A stretch of DNA of 44,513 nt from Octopus sinensis (taxonomy: Eukaryota), in the NCBI RefSeq assembly GCF_006345805.1, contig NW_021834885.1, positions 1 through 44,513 of the forward strand, given 5' to 3'. The translations under genes were made by a program, and so were the position numbers. Position 1 is the first letter of the stretch. Each line of letters starts with the position of its first letter. Below the pieces are notes generated by a model. That model was not told the origin of the DNA and did no database searches. It was given only the letters and a program-made list of their open reading frames with translations. Positions 12,105 to 24,308 of this stretch are shown here, one piece after another.

Positions 12105-12348
12105 TTCTTGCTACACAGCTACGCCAGAAGAATAAATAACATTTATCTGGGTTTAATATTAGTCTTAACAAAACTAGGGACCTAGTTATGGGATAGAGGG
12201 AGTAATGAACGGTTTCTTGCTACACAGCTACACCAGAAGAATAAATAACATTATTCCCAAGTTGACTAATGGAAATTTATCTGGGGTTTAATATTAGTCT
12301 CAACAAAACTAGGGACCTAGTTATGGGATAGAGGGAGTAATGAACGGT
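12105..12348. repeat. Local tandem duplication of ~109 bp
   Basis: 12105-12213 and 12214-12348; the second copy has a ~25-bp insertion. Confidence 0.9.
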
Positions 12349-13439
12349 AGAAGTAGATTGGCCAATGTTCCAGGGCACACAGCATCTTTTAGGTTGTGTG
12401 GACTGCCTTCTTATAGGGACGCAAACAGAGACATAAGAGGAGATACCGTTGTTATTGGACACAGGGGATTCATTCTTCCAGCCTCTCTGTTAATACGCGT
12501 GTGTGATTGTGTGTGTGTGTGTGTTTGCATTCGCTGCTGCCAATCCTGTTCCCTAGTTCCCTTATGCAGCAGCTCTCCCTAACGCTGCTGAACACCCAGA
12601 TTGTCTTCTTTCTCTTGATTTGTTGCAGTGTTGTGGAGCTCACTCACAGATTATTGGACAAAGTCTGAGGAAGGAAAAGGAAAGACAGAGGGAAGAACAG
12701 AGGAATGAGAGACAGACAGATAGAAAGAAGATGGGAGAGTAACGAGAGAGAAAAAGAGAGCTGGACTAAGTCAGAGGAAGAAAAGGAAAGACAGAGGGAA
12801 GAACGAGAATGAGAGAGAGAGAGAGAGACACAGATAGAAAGAAGATAGGAGTAAGGAGAGAGAGAGAAAAAGAGAGAGCACTGCTAGTTTTCTGAGGCAC
12901 AAAGGAACAAGCTCTCTTTCTTTTCTCCAAACCCAGCCAGTCATGCCAGAGAGATAGAGAGAGAGAGAGAGAAAGAGGGAACCGGGGGGGGAGGGGGAGA
13001 AAAAGAAAGGACTGTGATTTATGGATGTCTAGAGAAGATATTTCACACACAGACAGACAGACAGAGACAGGACTTTAAAACATCCCAATAAACAGTAAAG
13101 GAGGAGAAAAAAGAAGGGGCTGGCTGGCTGCCTTCTTTTGTGTTGTCTTACTTAAATGGTGGCAAAAGGGACCGGGGTGGGGTGGGGGGAATGGGAGAAA
13201 AGGGGGGAAAAGAAAGCAGCAGAAAGAATGAAGGCAAAAAAATAAAGACTTTATAAATCAGTTGGATATTGTGGTGGTTGGTGGGGGGGGGGTAAGAATG
13301 GGACATCTTCATGAACACAGAGGAGAGGGAGGAGGAGATGAATATGAAAGAGAGAGAGAGAAAGAGAATGCAGTGGAGAAGAAGAAGAATAATGATGTAT
13401 GAAGACAATACAAGCCATGAGAGAGACAGACAGACATTT

Positions 13440-13504
13440 GTGTATGTGCATGTATGTGTCTATATCTACACTAGCATATCTATCTATATATGTATGTATG
13501 TATG

Positions 13505-13562
<58 letters not shown>

Positions 13563-13880
13563 TATATAATATATATATATATGTATGTATGATGTATATA
13601 CAATATATGTGTGTGTATGCACATAATAACATATACATATATACATGGGAGACAGTGTGTGTGTGTACACACATATATATATATATATACACCATATATA
13701 TATATATATATATACATACATATATAGATGTATGTATATGTATGTGTGTGTGTATATATATATATATTATATATATATGTATGTATATCTATGTGTGTGT
13801 GTACACACACACACTGTCTCCCATGTATATATGTATATGTATGTATGTATGTATGTGCATACACACACAAGGGAAACAAA
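13440..13880. repeat. Compound (AT)n/(GT)n microsatellite containing an inverted repeat
   Basis: Direct inspection. Similar tracts at about 16450-16590, 16850-17240, 25730-25770, 28230-28440, 32740-33010, 34730-34990 and 42520-42600. Confidence 0.95.
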
Positions 13881-14660
13881 CAGAATTAGAGAGAGAGAGA
13901 GTGAAGGATTTGGAAAGATAACTTCTGTATGTGAAAACATTTTATCTAGTCTTGCAGAGTAACATGATTATGAGAGAGGGGAGGAGAGAGAGGGGAGGAG
14001 AGAGAGATGACGAGGAGGACGAAAGAGATAGAGAAAGAGAGAGAGAGAGGGAGATGACGATGATGAGGAAGAGAGAACAGGTGTTCCAGTAGCCACAGTT
14101 CACTGAAAACCATCCACTGGAAACTTAAAAACTCCTCCACTCCATAATGCCAATGGTACTGTGTTGATGGATGATGTTAGAAACACTAACAACAGCTGCC
14201 ACTGTTATCACCTTCTTGAAGGTACTAACGAGGTCCGAGTGGACACCAAGGACTACTAACCCAAGCCTCGTTAGCAAAACTGGATGAATGGAAATAATGT
14301 GGATGGAAACCCTCTTGGATGGATTTTTATCGACATTTCCAAGATCCACCCTCATCACTCACATTGACCTTGTCACCGATTCAGTCCAAGGATTACTTTA
14401 ACACAATACATGTGTCTGTGGAGTACTCGGCCATTTAAGTGTGCATTGAATTAACAGGAATTGTTACTTTTTATTAAAACTGATGCCAGTTAAAAAAAAA
14501 ATTTTTTTTATTAAGTGAATGGATGTGATTAAGGCCATTGCAATTAAGAAGCTTGCCTTTGCAACTACAGCCTTAGGCTGACCAAGACTTGGTATGAGAG
14601 AAATTGATAAATGGAAACTGGGTGAAAGCCCATTACATATACATCCATATATATATATAC

Positions 14661-14948
14661 ATCACGTCACCGACCAGGACATCAGATGTTGGTACACATC
14701 GCTGGTCACAATGTGCTTCGCATTGTTTTAGCCTTCAAATGACACCGCCCCGCTGGCTAAGCAAGTAGGCCAACAGAAGAAAGAGTGAGAGAAAGTTGTG
14801 GTGAAAGAATACAGCAGGGATCACCACCACCCTCTATCAGAGCCTTGTGGAGCTTTAGGTGTTTTCGCTCAATAAACACTCACAACGCCCGGTCTGGGAA
14901 TTGAAACTGCGAATTCACTGCCTTAACCACTGAGCCATTGCACCTCCA
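14661..14948 (-). mobile_element. SINE family C, alternative 3' module
   Basis: Shares head and body with 19637-20025 up to AAGAGTGAGAGAAAG, then has a different tail. Confidence 0.82.
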
Positions 14949-15094
14949 CCCACCCACCCACATATATATATATAAATATATATAAAACCACTTTTTACCT
15001 AAGGAGTCCTTTGTTCCCCATTTTATTTGGATAGACCCTCATAGCCATACAATGTTTCAAGCAAATCCTATTATATGTGGTGGTGGGGTTGGGG

Positions 15095-15468
15095 AGGTTC
15101 AAAGATTCCTGGCTTTAAGGGTTTCATGAAAAGCCTAGTTGGAGGCCCAAACTTCCAAGTTCTTTTACAGGGCTTAGAAAAACTGAAGGACCACTGAAAT
15201 AAGTGTGTGAATCTGAGAGGGGAATACGTTCAATAAAATCATAATTAACTGATCCTCCCATATTTTCTTTTACCCAAAGCCAGGAACTTTTCATCACCCC
15301 CTTGTGTGTGTGTGTGTGTGCATACACACATACACCTATTAAAGGGGTGCTGAGAAGTTCCTGGCTTTAAGAGTATCATGAAAGGGCCTGGTTGGAGGCC
15401 CAATCTTCTGAGTTCTCTTACAGGGCTTACAAAAACTGAAACCAGAAACTTTTCAGTAGCCCCTTGTA
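15095..15468. mobile_element. Two mariner-type MITE copies (second internally deleted)
   Basis: Reverse-complement homology to 441-893; TIR-like ends GGGGTGCTGAGAAGTTCC / AACTTTTCAGTAGCCCCTTGTA. Confidence 0.65.
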
Positions 15469-16489
15469 TTTTTACAATTAAATATTATCAGGAACCGTGT
15501 ATGAAATATAGTTAAAATATTTTGGGTATTGTACAAAAGTATGTACAACTAAATTATTGCACATAAATTTTAACAACAAAATCTTATGCGGATTCCCTAA
15601 GGGCCATACGAACCCTGGTTGAGAACTACTAATCAAATGCATGTATATAGATATTTCAGTTTGATTGAGATATACATCTAGCATTTGAAATTTTTGATAT
15701 ATAGCAAATTTTCTCACTCTTCTGTTGTTACATATATATATATATATATCTTGCATGGCACCGTGGGCAAGTGTCCTCTATAGCCTTGGGCTGACCAAAG
15801 ACTTGTGAGTGAGTTTGGTAGACAGAAACTGAAACAAGCCCATCATATATATATATAGCACCAGGTGGTGCTATTAAGTTAGACATGGCCTGAGCCAATA
15901 ATGACCGAAACCTATCAAAGTATCAAAGTATATATATATATATATATATATAAATTTATATAAATAAGGATAAGATTGTTAATTTAAAATAAAATAACGA
16001 TTTTGTCAAGTGGGCAGCATGGAAAAAATAAACTTCAAAGGTAATAATTATTAAAATTATATTAAAATTTTTTACTAGCATCTTGTCTCTCTTTGTTTTC
16101 TCGGCGTGTTTGCGATATGGACAATTAAGGTGGTTTTAGAGACAGATCATGGCTGCTATTTTCAGCATGATGGTATCTCGTAGATACCCTAATTTATAAT
16201 TATATATATATATGTTTTGTGTGTCTGTTTGTCCCCTGTAGCTTAGAGGTCTGGCAAATGAGACTGATAGAATAAGTATTAGGCTTGCAATGAAAAAGTC
16301 ATGGGGTCGGTTTGTTTGACTAAAGGCGGTGCCCCAGTATGGCCACAGTCAAATGACTGAAACAAGTGAAAGAATAAAAAGAAAGAACACTATATATATA
16401 TTTATTTTATAGAAGGAACTTCTACAGGACTAGAACTGTTTCATTCAAATGAAATCTTCATATATATATATATATATATATATATACAC

Positions 16490-16571
<82 letters not shown>

Positions 16572-17529
16572 TATATATATACACACATACAGGCACATGT
16601 ACATTGGCATAGAGTTTTATATGGCTTACATTTGTCCTAACAATTAACTGAAGGAGATGAAACTAAATGACTGGCAGTGTTGGTGGTGGTGGTCGTGGGG
16701 TGAATGGCGGAGCTGAAAAAACACAAGAGGCAATTCTACCATACTGAGTTGACAAATCTCATAAACATTTAGAAAATATATAGCTTGTTTGCAATTAGGA
16801 ACACACATGTCTACAGACATACAGATAATTGTACACACACACACACCCATGTGTATGCATATATACAAATAAATGTGTGTGTGTGTGTCTATGTATATAT
16901 AAGTAAATATATATTCATACATATGTACACATATTTATATATGTATACACATGTATGCATATATACAATAAAAATGTGTGTGTGTATATGTATAAATATA
17001 TATTCATATATATGTACACATATTTATATATGTGTACACATATATAAATATATACACACACACCTAAAAATATATACACATATATAACTATATATATATA
17101 GATATAAAAATATATGCAAATATATCTTTATACATACATATATGTATATACACACATATATATACAAACATACACATACATATTTAGCAAGAATGAGAGA
17201 TAGATAGATAGAGGGAGAGAGAGAGAGAGGGAGAGAGAGAGAGAGAGAGAAGCGAGCGTGTGTGCACACAGTTGTGCATAGACACAATAGAGGCACACCC
17301 ACAAAAGCAGAGAGAGAGAGAGAATGATGTCCGCCCTATCCTGCTGTTGGCTGACATGATGCCGAAATTAAAGCAAACACAAGCTACATCCTACATCCTT
17401 TACGAATAGGGAATCATTTAAGAAGCCCAAAGATTAATGAAAGAGGAACTCCTTTGACACGATGAGGGCCTGAGAGCAATTTTGGTGGAATCTAATTTTC
17501 TCTAATGAATACGAACAGCAAAAAACATA

Positions 17530-17923
17530 CTCTTACTTGTTTCCTTGCTGGAGCACTGCCTTTAATCGAGCAACTCGACCCCAGGACTTATTCTTTTGTA
17601 AGCCCAGTACTTATTCTATCGGTTCTCTTTTGCCGAACCGCTAAGTAACGGAAACATAAACACACCAGCATCGGTTGTCAAGCAATGCTAGGGGGAACAA
17701 ACACATACACGTATATATAATATATATATATATCTATATACACATATATTACATATATATGACGGGCTTCTTTCAGTTTCCGTCTACCAAATCCACTCAC
17801 AAGGCTTAGGTCGGCCCGAGGCTATAGCAGAAGACACTTGCCCAAAGTGCCACGCAGTGGGACTGAACCCGGAACCATGTAGTTGGTAAACAAGCTACTT
17901 ACCACACAGCCACTCCTGCACCT
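17530..17923 (-). mobile_element. SINE family B, full length
   Basis: Same architecture as 7896-8302. Partial copies also at about 11375-11556 (-), 15752-16385 (+, split) and 18552-18772 (+). Confidence 0.88.
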
Positions 17924-18498
17924 ATATATATACATATATAATTGCTTTATTTAAAAGCAGCAGAAATATAACAAAAGCTGTTACTCGGAGTTTCACGTTT
18001 TTTTTAAAAACAAAACTGTCCAATGAACGGAACATGAAACTCCGAGTAACAGCTTCTGTTATATTGCTGCTGCTTTTAAATAAAGCATATTACTCTACCT
18101 CTGGTATTTGAGTACTCTTTTTCCACCTTGTTTCACATTTATGTGCTTACTCCAGTATATATATATAATTGAACAGATCTACATGCTTGTATGTTTTTGT
18201 GTGTTGTTTATGTAATTTTAGGCTGAGGTTTCCATTGTCTTTTACTTGTGTCTGTAATTGGACTGTGGCCATCCATGCTGGATGGATGGTTGGGTTGGTG
18301 GGGGAGGCACTGCTTTGAAGGGTTTAGTCCACAAGTTGACGCCCCACCTCACCAATGTTTTGTGTTTGGGGGTACATAATTCAGTACTTATACTATTGCT
18401 TTCCTTTGCTAAACTGTGAAGTTACAGGGATGGGAACAAAGGAATGCCAGTTGTCAGATGATGGTGAGAAGGCAAACACACATATCTATATATACAGT

Positions 18499-18547
<49 letters not shown>

Positions 18548-19467
18548 TACAGATGCAAGAGTGGCTGTGTGGTAAGTAGCTTCCTTACCAACCATATGGT
18601 TCCAGGTTTGGGCAAGTGTCTTCTGCTATAGCCTTAGGCCAACCAAAACCATTTGAGTGGATCTGGTAGATGAAAACTGAAAGAAGCCCATCGTATACAT
18701 GTATATGTATATATGTGTGTGTGCTTGTGTGTCTGTGTTTGTCACCCACAAACATCGCTCGACAACCGATTACCAAAAAAAAAAAAAAAATGAAAAAGCC
18801 AGCACATTGGAGAATGTAGTGGGCCTAGAACTACAAAAAAAAAACCCCCTAAAAAGAACCACCCCACCAAATATAAGATGGGTATAAGCTGAAAGGCAAC
18901 TGATTATAAGGGCTAACATGGGGGAGGGTCTAAAACCCAACTAAGGTACTAATAAGCCAAATAATGGGACAAATTCTTGGGCAACAGTTGTATATAGATG
19001 TTGTTTTTGTTCAGTTCCTTGACCCCTCCTTGCCACATGAAGGAGTCGGGGGGGGGTTGTGGAGGAGGAGACAGCACCCCCTCCCGCCCGCCCCATCTCA
19101 TCTAATACACTGTTTGATAACAGGGTCCTTAAGATAACCCACTTTCTTTCTACATTGTTAAGTCAGAGTCCTTTCCTTTCTCGCCATTAAAGTTCTCATT
19201 GTATAGATTGCACTGTGTTGGGAGGAGGAGGAGGAAGAGGGTGGGAGGAAAGCGGGAGCTGAGAGGGGAGAGGGGGAGATTTGGTGAAAGTAATGCCAGG
19301 CATGATGGTGGTGGTGGTGGTGGTGGTGGCGGCGGCAGAGGTGGCCTTAAACCTCTGAAGAAAAGTTACTTAAAGTAATTAAGTGTGCCACTTACAGGGG
19401 GTAAGTAAAAGAAAAATACTGCTTCAGTGCTGTTATTAAATTGGATCATAGAAGTCTATTTAATATA

Positions 19468-19499
<32 letters not shown>

Positions 19500-19636
19500 T
19501 AGGGAGAAAGATGGAGAAAAACAGAGTGTTTCTTTCCCACCATCCTTTCAACACAGTTAAATTACATACAAGCATACGGGGCCTAGTGGTTAAGGGCATT
19601 GCAGTCATAATCGCAACGTTGCGGTTTCGATACTCA

Positions 19637-20025
19637 TGGAAGCACTCCGTCGGTTACGACGACGAGGGTTCCGGTTGATCTGAATCAATGGAACAGCCTG
19701 CTCGTGAAATTAACGTGTAAGTGGCTGAGCACTCCACAGACACGTGTACCCTTAACGTAGTTCACGGGGATATTCAGCGTGACACAGAGAGTGAGTGACA
19801 AGGCCGGCCCCTTGAAATACAGGTACAACAGAAACAGGAAGTAAGAGTGAGAGAAAGTTGTGGTGAAAGAGTACAGCAGGGATCACCACCATCCCCTGCC
19901 GGAGCCTCGTGGAGCTTTAGGTGTTTTCGCTCAATAAACACTCACAACGCCCGGTCTGGGAATCGAAACCGCGATCCTATGACCGCGAGTCTGCTGCCCT
20001 AACCACTGGGCCATTGCGCCTCCAC
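19637..20025 (-). mobile_element. tRNA-derived SINE family C with 12-bp TSD, nested in another SINE head
   Basis: TTTCGATACTCA at 19625-19636 and 20026-20037. Reverse-strand head GGCGCAATGGCCCAGTGGTTAGGGC...GGTTTCGATTCCC. Confidence 0.9.
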
Positions 20026-20142
20026 TTTCGATACTCAAGGCTGGCGGTGAAATGGGTTCTTGAGAAAAACACTTCGCTTCATGCTGCACCATCCAGTGTA
20101 CTCAGCCAGCAGTAAGCAGGTCACAATCATCATCGTCGTCGT

Positions 20143-21029
20143 TAAGGTGAGTTGGCAGAATCGTTAGCGTGTTGGGGGAAAAAAATGCTTAGTGACATTT
20201 CGTCTGTCACTAACTACATTCTGAGTTCAAATTCTGCCGAGATCAACTTTGCCTCTTATTCTTTCGGGGTGGGTCAATGAAATAAGTACCAGTCAAATAC
20301 TGGAGAAAGAGGAGGGGAAAGGGGGTGGTCGATGTAATTGACTATCCACCCCTCTCCTGCAAACTTTCAGGCCTTGTGCATCTATCTAGTAGAAAGGTGG
20401 CGAGCTGGCAGAAACGTTAGCACGCTGGGCGAAATGCTTAACAGTATTTTGTCTGCCGCTATGTTCTGAGTTCAAATTCCGCCGAGGTCGACTTTGCCTT
20501 TCATCCTTTCGGGGTCAATTAAATAAGTACCAGTCAATATAATCGACTTAATCTGTTTGTTTGTCACCTCTGTGTGTAGCCCCTTCTGGGCAGTAAAGAA
20601 ATAAGAAAGAATTGTGATTAACATTATCATCATCATCAAATTCACTGCCTGGTAATAATTATGATGATTACTATCACCATCATCACCATTAATATTATTA
20701 AGGTGGTGGGCTGGCAGAATCGTTAGCATGCCAGGCAAAATGGCATTTCGTCTGTCTTTACATTTTGAGTTCAAATTTTGCCGTGGTGGAATTTGCCTTT
20801 CATCCTTTTGGGTTCAATAAATAAAGTACCAGTGAAACGGTGGGGGTCGGTGGATGTAATCGACTAGTCCCCCTCCCCTAAAATTTCAGGCCTTGTGGCT
20901 ATAGCAAAAATTATTATTATTATAATTATAATTATTATTAATGTGGCGAGCTGGCAGAATCGTTAGCATACCGGGCAAAATGCTAAGCAGTATTTTGTCC
21001 ATCTCTATGTTCGGAATGCAAATTCCGTC
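20143..21029 (+). mobile_element. Cluster of four head-to-tail SINE family A copies; the last one seeds the tandem array
   Basis: Heads G(G/T)(C/T)GAGCTGGCAGAA at about 20143, 20395, 20702 and 20942. Confidence 0.85.
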
Positions 21030-23647
21030 GAGGTCAACTTAGCCTTTCATCCTTTTAGGGGCGACAAAATAAGTACCAGTTGATGTAATCGACTTGTCCC
21101 CCTCCCCTCAAATTTCAGGCCTTATGCCTATAGTAGAAAGGATTATTATGAGGTCAACTTTGCCTTCATCCTTTTAGGGGCGACAAAATAAGTACCAGTA
21201 GATGTAATCGACTTGTCCCCTCCCCTCAAATTTCAGGCCTTATGCCTATAGTAGAAAGGATTATTATGAGGTCAACTTTGCCTTTCATCCTTTTAGGGGC
21301 GACAAAATAAGTACCAGTTGATGTAATCGACTTGTCCCCCTCCCCTCAAATTTCAGGCCTTATGCCTATAGTAGAAAGGATTATTATGAGGTCAACTTTG
21401 CCTTTCATCCTTTTAGGGGCGACAAAATAAGTACCAGTTGATGTAATTGACTAGTCTCCCTCCCCTCAAATTTCAGGCCTTATGCCTATAGTAGAAAGGA
21501 TTATTATGAGGTCAACTTTGCCTTTCATCCTTTTAGGGGCGACAAAATAAGAACCAGTTGATGTAATTGACTAGTCCCCCTCCCCTCAAATTTCAGGCCT
21601 TATGCCTATAGTAGAAAGGATTATTATGAGGTCAACTTTGCCTTTCATCCTTTTAGGAGCGACAAAATAAGTACCAGTTGATGTAATTGACTTGTCCCCT
21701 CCCCTCAAATTTCAGGCCTTATGCCTATAGTAGAAAGGATTATTATGAGGTCAACTTTGCCTTTCATCCTTTTAGGGGCGACAAAATAAGTACCAGTAGA
21801 TGTAATCGACTTGTCCCCCCCCCTCAATTTCAGGCCTTAGGCCTATAGTAGAAAGGATTATTATGAGGTCAACTTTGCCTTTCATCCTTTTAGGGGCGAC
21901 AAAATAAGAACCAGTTGATGTAAATGACTTGTCCCCTCCCCTCAAATTTCAGGCCTTATGCCTATAGTAGAAAGGATTATTATGAGGTCAACTTTGCCTT
22001 TCATCCTTTTAGGGGCGACAAAATAAGTACCAGTTGATGTAATTGACTAGTCTCCCTCCCCTCAATTTCAGGCCTTATGCCTATAGTAGAAAGGATTATT
22101 ATGAGGTCAACTTTGCCTTTCATCCTTTTAGGGGCGACAAAATAAGTACCAGTAGATGTAATCGACTTGTCCCCCTCCCCTCAAATTTCAGGCCTATGCC
22201 TATAGTAGAAGGATTATTATGAGGTCAACTTTGCCTTTCATCCTTTTAGGAGCGACAAAATAAGTACCAGTAGATGTAATCGACTTGTCCCCTCCCCTCA
22301 AATTTCAGGCCTTATGCCTATAGTAGAAAGGATTATTATGAGGTCAACTTTGCCTTTCATCCTTTTAGGGGCGACAAAATAAGTACCAGTAGATGTAATC
22401 GACTTGTCCCCTCCCCTCAAATTTCAGGCCTTATGCCTATAGTAGAAAGGATTATTATGAGGTCAACTTTGCCTTTCATCCTTTTAGGGGCGACAAAATA
22501 AGTACCAGTAGATGTAATCGACTTGTCCCCTCCCCTCAAATTTCAGGCCTTTGCCTGTAGTAGAAAGGATTATTATGAGGTCAACTTTGCCTTTCATCCT
22601 TTTAGAGCAACAAATAAGTACCAGTTGATGTTAATTGACTAGTCTCCCTCCCCTCAAATTTCAGGCCTTATGCCTATAGTAGAAAGGATTATTATGAGGT
22701 CAACTTTGCCTTTCATCCTTTTAGGGGCGACAAAATAAGAACCAGTTGATGTAAATGAGTGTCCCCTCCCCTCAATTTCAGGCCTTATGCCTGTAGTAGA
22801 AAGGATTATTATGAGGTCAACTTTGCCTTTCATCCTTTTAGGGGCGACAAAATAAGAACCAGTTGATGTAATTGACTAGTCCCCCTCCCCTCAAATTTCA
22901 GGCCTTATGCCTATAGTAGAAAGGATTATTATGAGGTCCACTTTGCCTTTCATCCTTTTAGGGGCGACAAAATAAGAACCAGTTGATGTAAATGACTTGT
23001 CCCCTCCCCTCAAATTTCAGGCCTTATGCCTATAGTAGAAAGGATTATTATGAGGTCAACTTTGCCTTTCATCCTTTTAGGGGCGACAAAATAAGAACCA
23101 GTTGATGTAATTGACTAGCCCCCTCCCCTCAAATTTCAGGCCTTATGCCTATAGTAGAAAGGATTATTATGAGGTCAACTTTGCCTTTCATCCTTTTAGG
23201 GGCGACAAAATAAGAACCAGTTGATGTAAATGACTTGTCCCCTCCCCTCAAATTTCAGGCCTTATGCCTGTAGTAGAAAGGATTATTATGAGGTCAACTT
23301 TGCCTTTCATCCTTTTAGGGGCGACAAAATAAGTACCAGTTGATGTAATTGACTAGTCCCCTCCCCTCAAATTTCAGGCCTTATGCCTATAGTAGAAAGG
23401 ATTATTATGAGGTCAACTTTGCCTTTCATCCTTTTAGGGGCGACAAAATAAGTACCAGTAGATGTAATCGACTTGTCCCCTCCCCTCAAATTTCAGGCCT
23501 TATGCCTGTAGTAGAAAGGATTATTATGAGGTCAACTTTGCCTTTCATCCTTTTAGGGGCGACAAAATAAGTACCAGTTGATGTAATTGACTAGTCTCCC
23601 TCCCCTCAAATTTCAGGCCTTATGCCTGTAGTAGAAAGGATTATTAT
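21030..23647 (+). repeat. Tandem array of 22 x ~117-120 bp units derived from the 3' half of SINE family A
   Basis: Units begin GAGGTCAACTTTGCCTTTCATCC at 21030, 21150, 21268, 21388, 21508, 21628, 21747, 21865, 21984, 22103, 22221, 22340, 22459, 22577, 22696, 22813, 22933, 23052, 23171, 23290, 23409 and 23528. Each ends AGAAAGGATTATTAT. Confidence 0.97.
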
Positions 23648-24308
23648 ACGGTTATATTTCTATTGAATGCAGCTCTGTACGTCTTGAATGCAGGGCAACA
23701 TCTTGTTCTGCTTTTAGGTTCTTCTATTGTATTGAGAAGAAGACTTTACCGTAACGTGTGTGCATGTATGTGTGTGCTTGCATATGTGAGCGCGTGTGTG
23801 CGTGCAATTATTTGGCTAAAATCTAGTTCAACTAAGAATCAAAAACGACAGAAAAAAAAAAAGAAAAAAAAAAAAAGAATGGATAGCTGCGACAATGTCG
23901 GTCACCCCCCCCCCCTCCTGCCCCTACCATAATTAACAGTAAAACCATCAACAAACTCGGTGGACATCGTCCCACTCCCAGCACCGCCACCACCACCACT
24001 GCCAAAGTACTGTTTCAAGTGCTGTAGAAACCAAATGAAGGAAGGAGTGGTAGATGGAATGGCAACATGTGACAGCTTCTCCGATGACCACCGCCACCAC
24101 CAGCGCGTCTACTGTTACACAACCACTTACAGAACACAACAATGACCAAATACCATTAATGGTACTACACACATACATACACACCAAACAGCACTTCTTT
24201 AGACAAACACGAGGTCAGAAATTAGGAAAGCCTGTAGACCAGGCAGAGACAACCTTTTCTGAGAAGCAGGCTGTAATGAGACAAGGCCCCATCATCAGAC
24301 AGGCCACA

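Noticed and set aside
13251-13962. Long YIYI/CVCV ORFs (also 16.4-17.3, 28.2-28.7, 32.7-33.0 and 34.7-35.1 kb)
   Set aside because: Microsatellite translation artefacts. Only the 3' part of ORF 32530-33015 is a real exon.
13946-14358. Acidic/Arg-rich plus-strand frame and the 77-aa minus ORF
   Set aside because: GA-repeat-derived, interrupted by stops, and not phase-compatible with the gene.
21030-23647. CRISPR-like array
   Set aside because: There are no unique spacers; the whole unit repeats and is clearly SINE-derived. No cas genes, and the context is eukaryotic.
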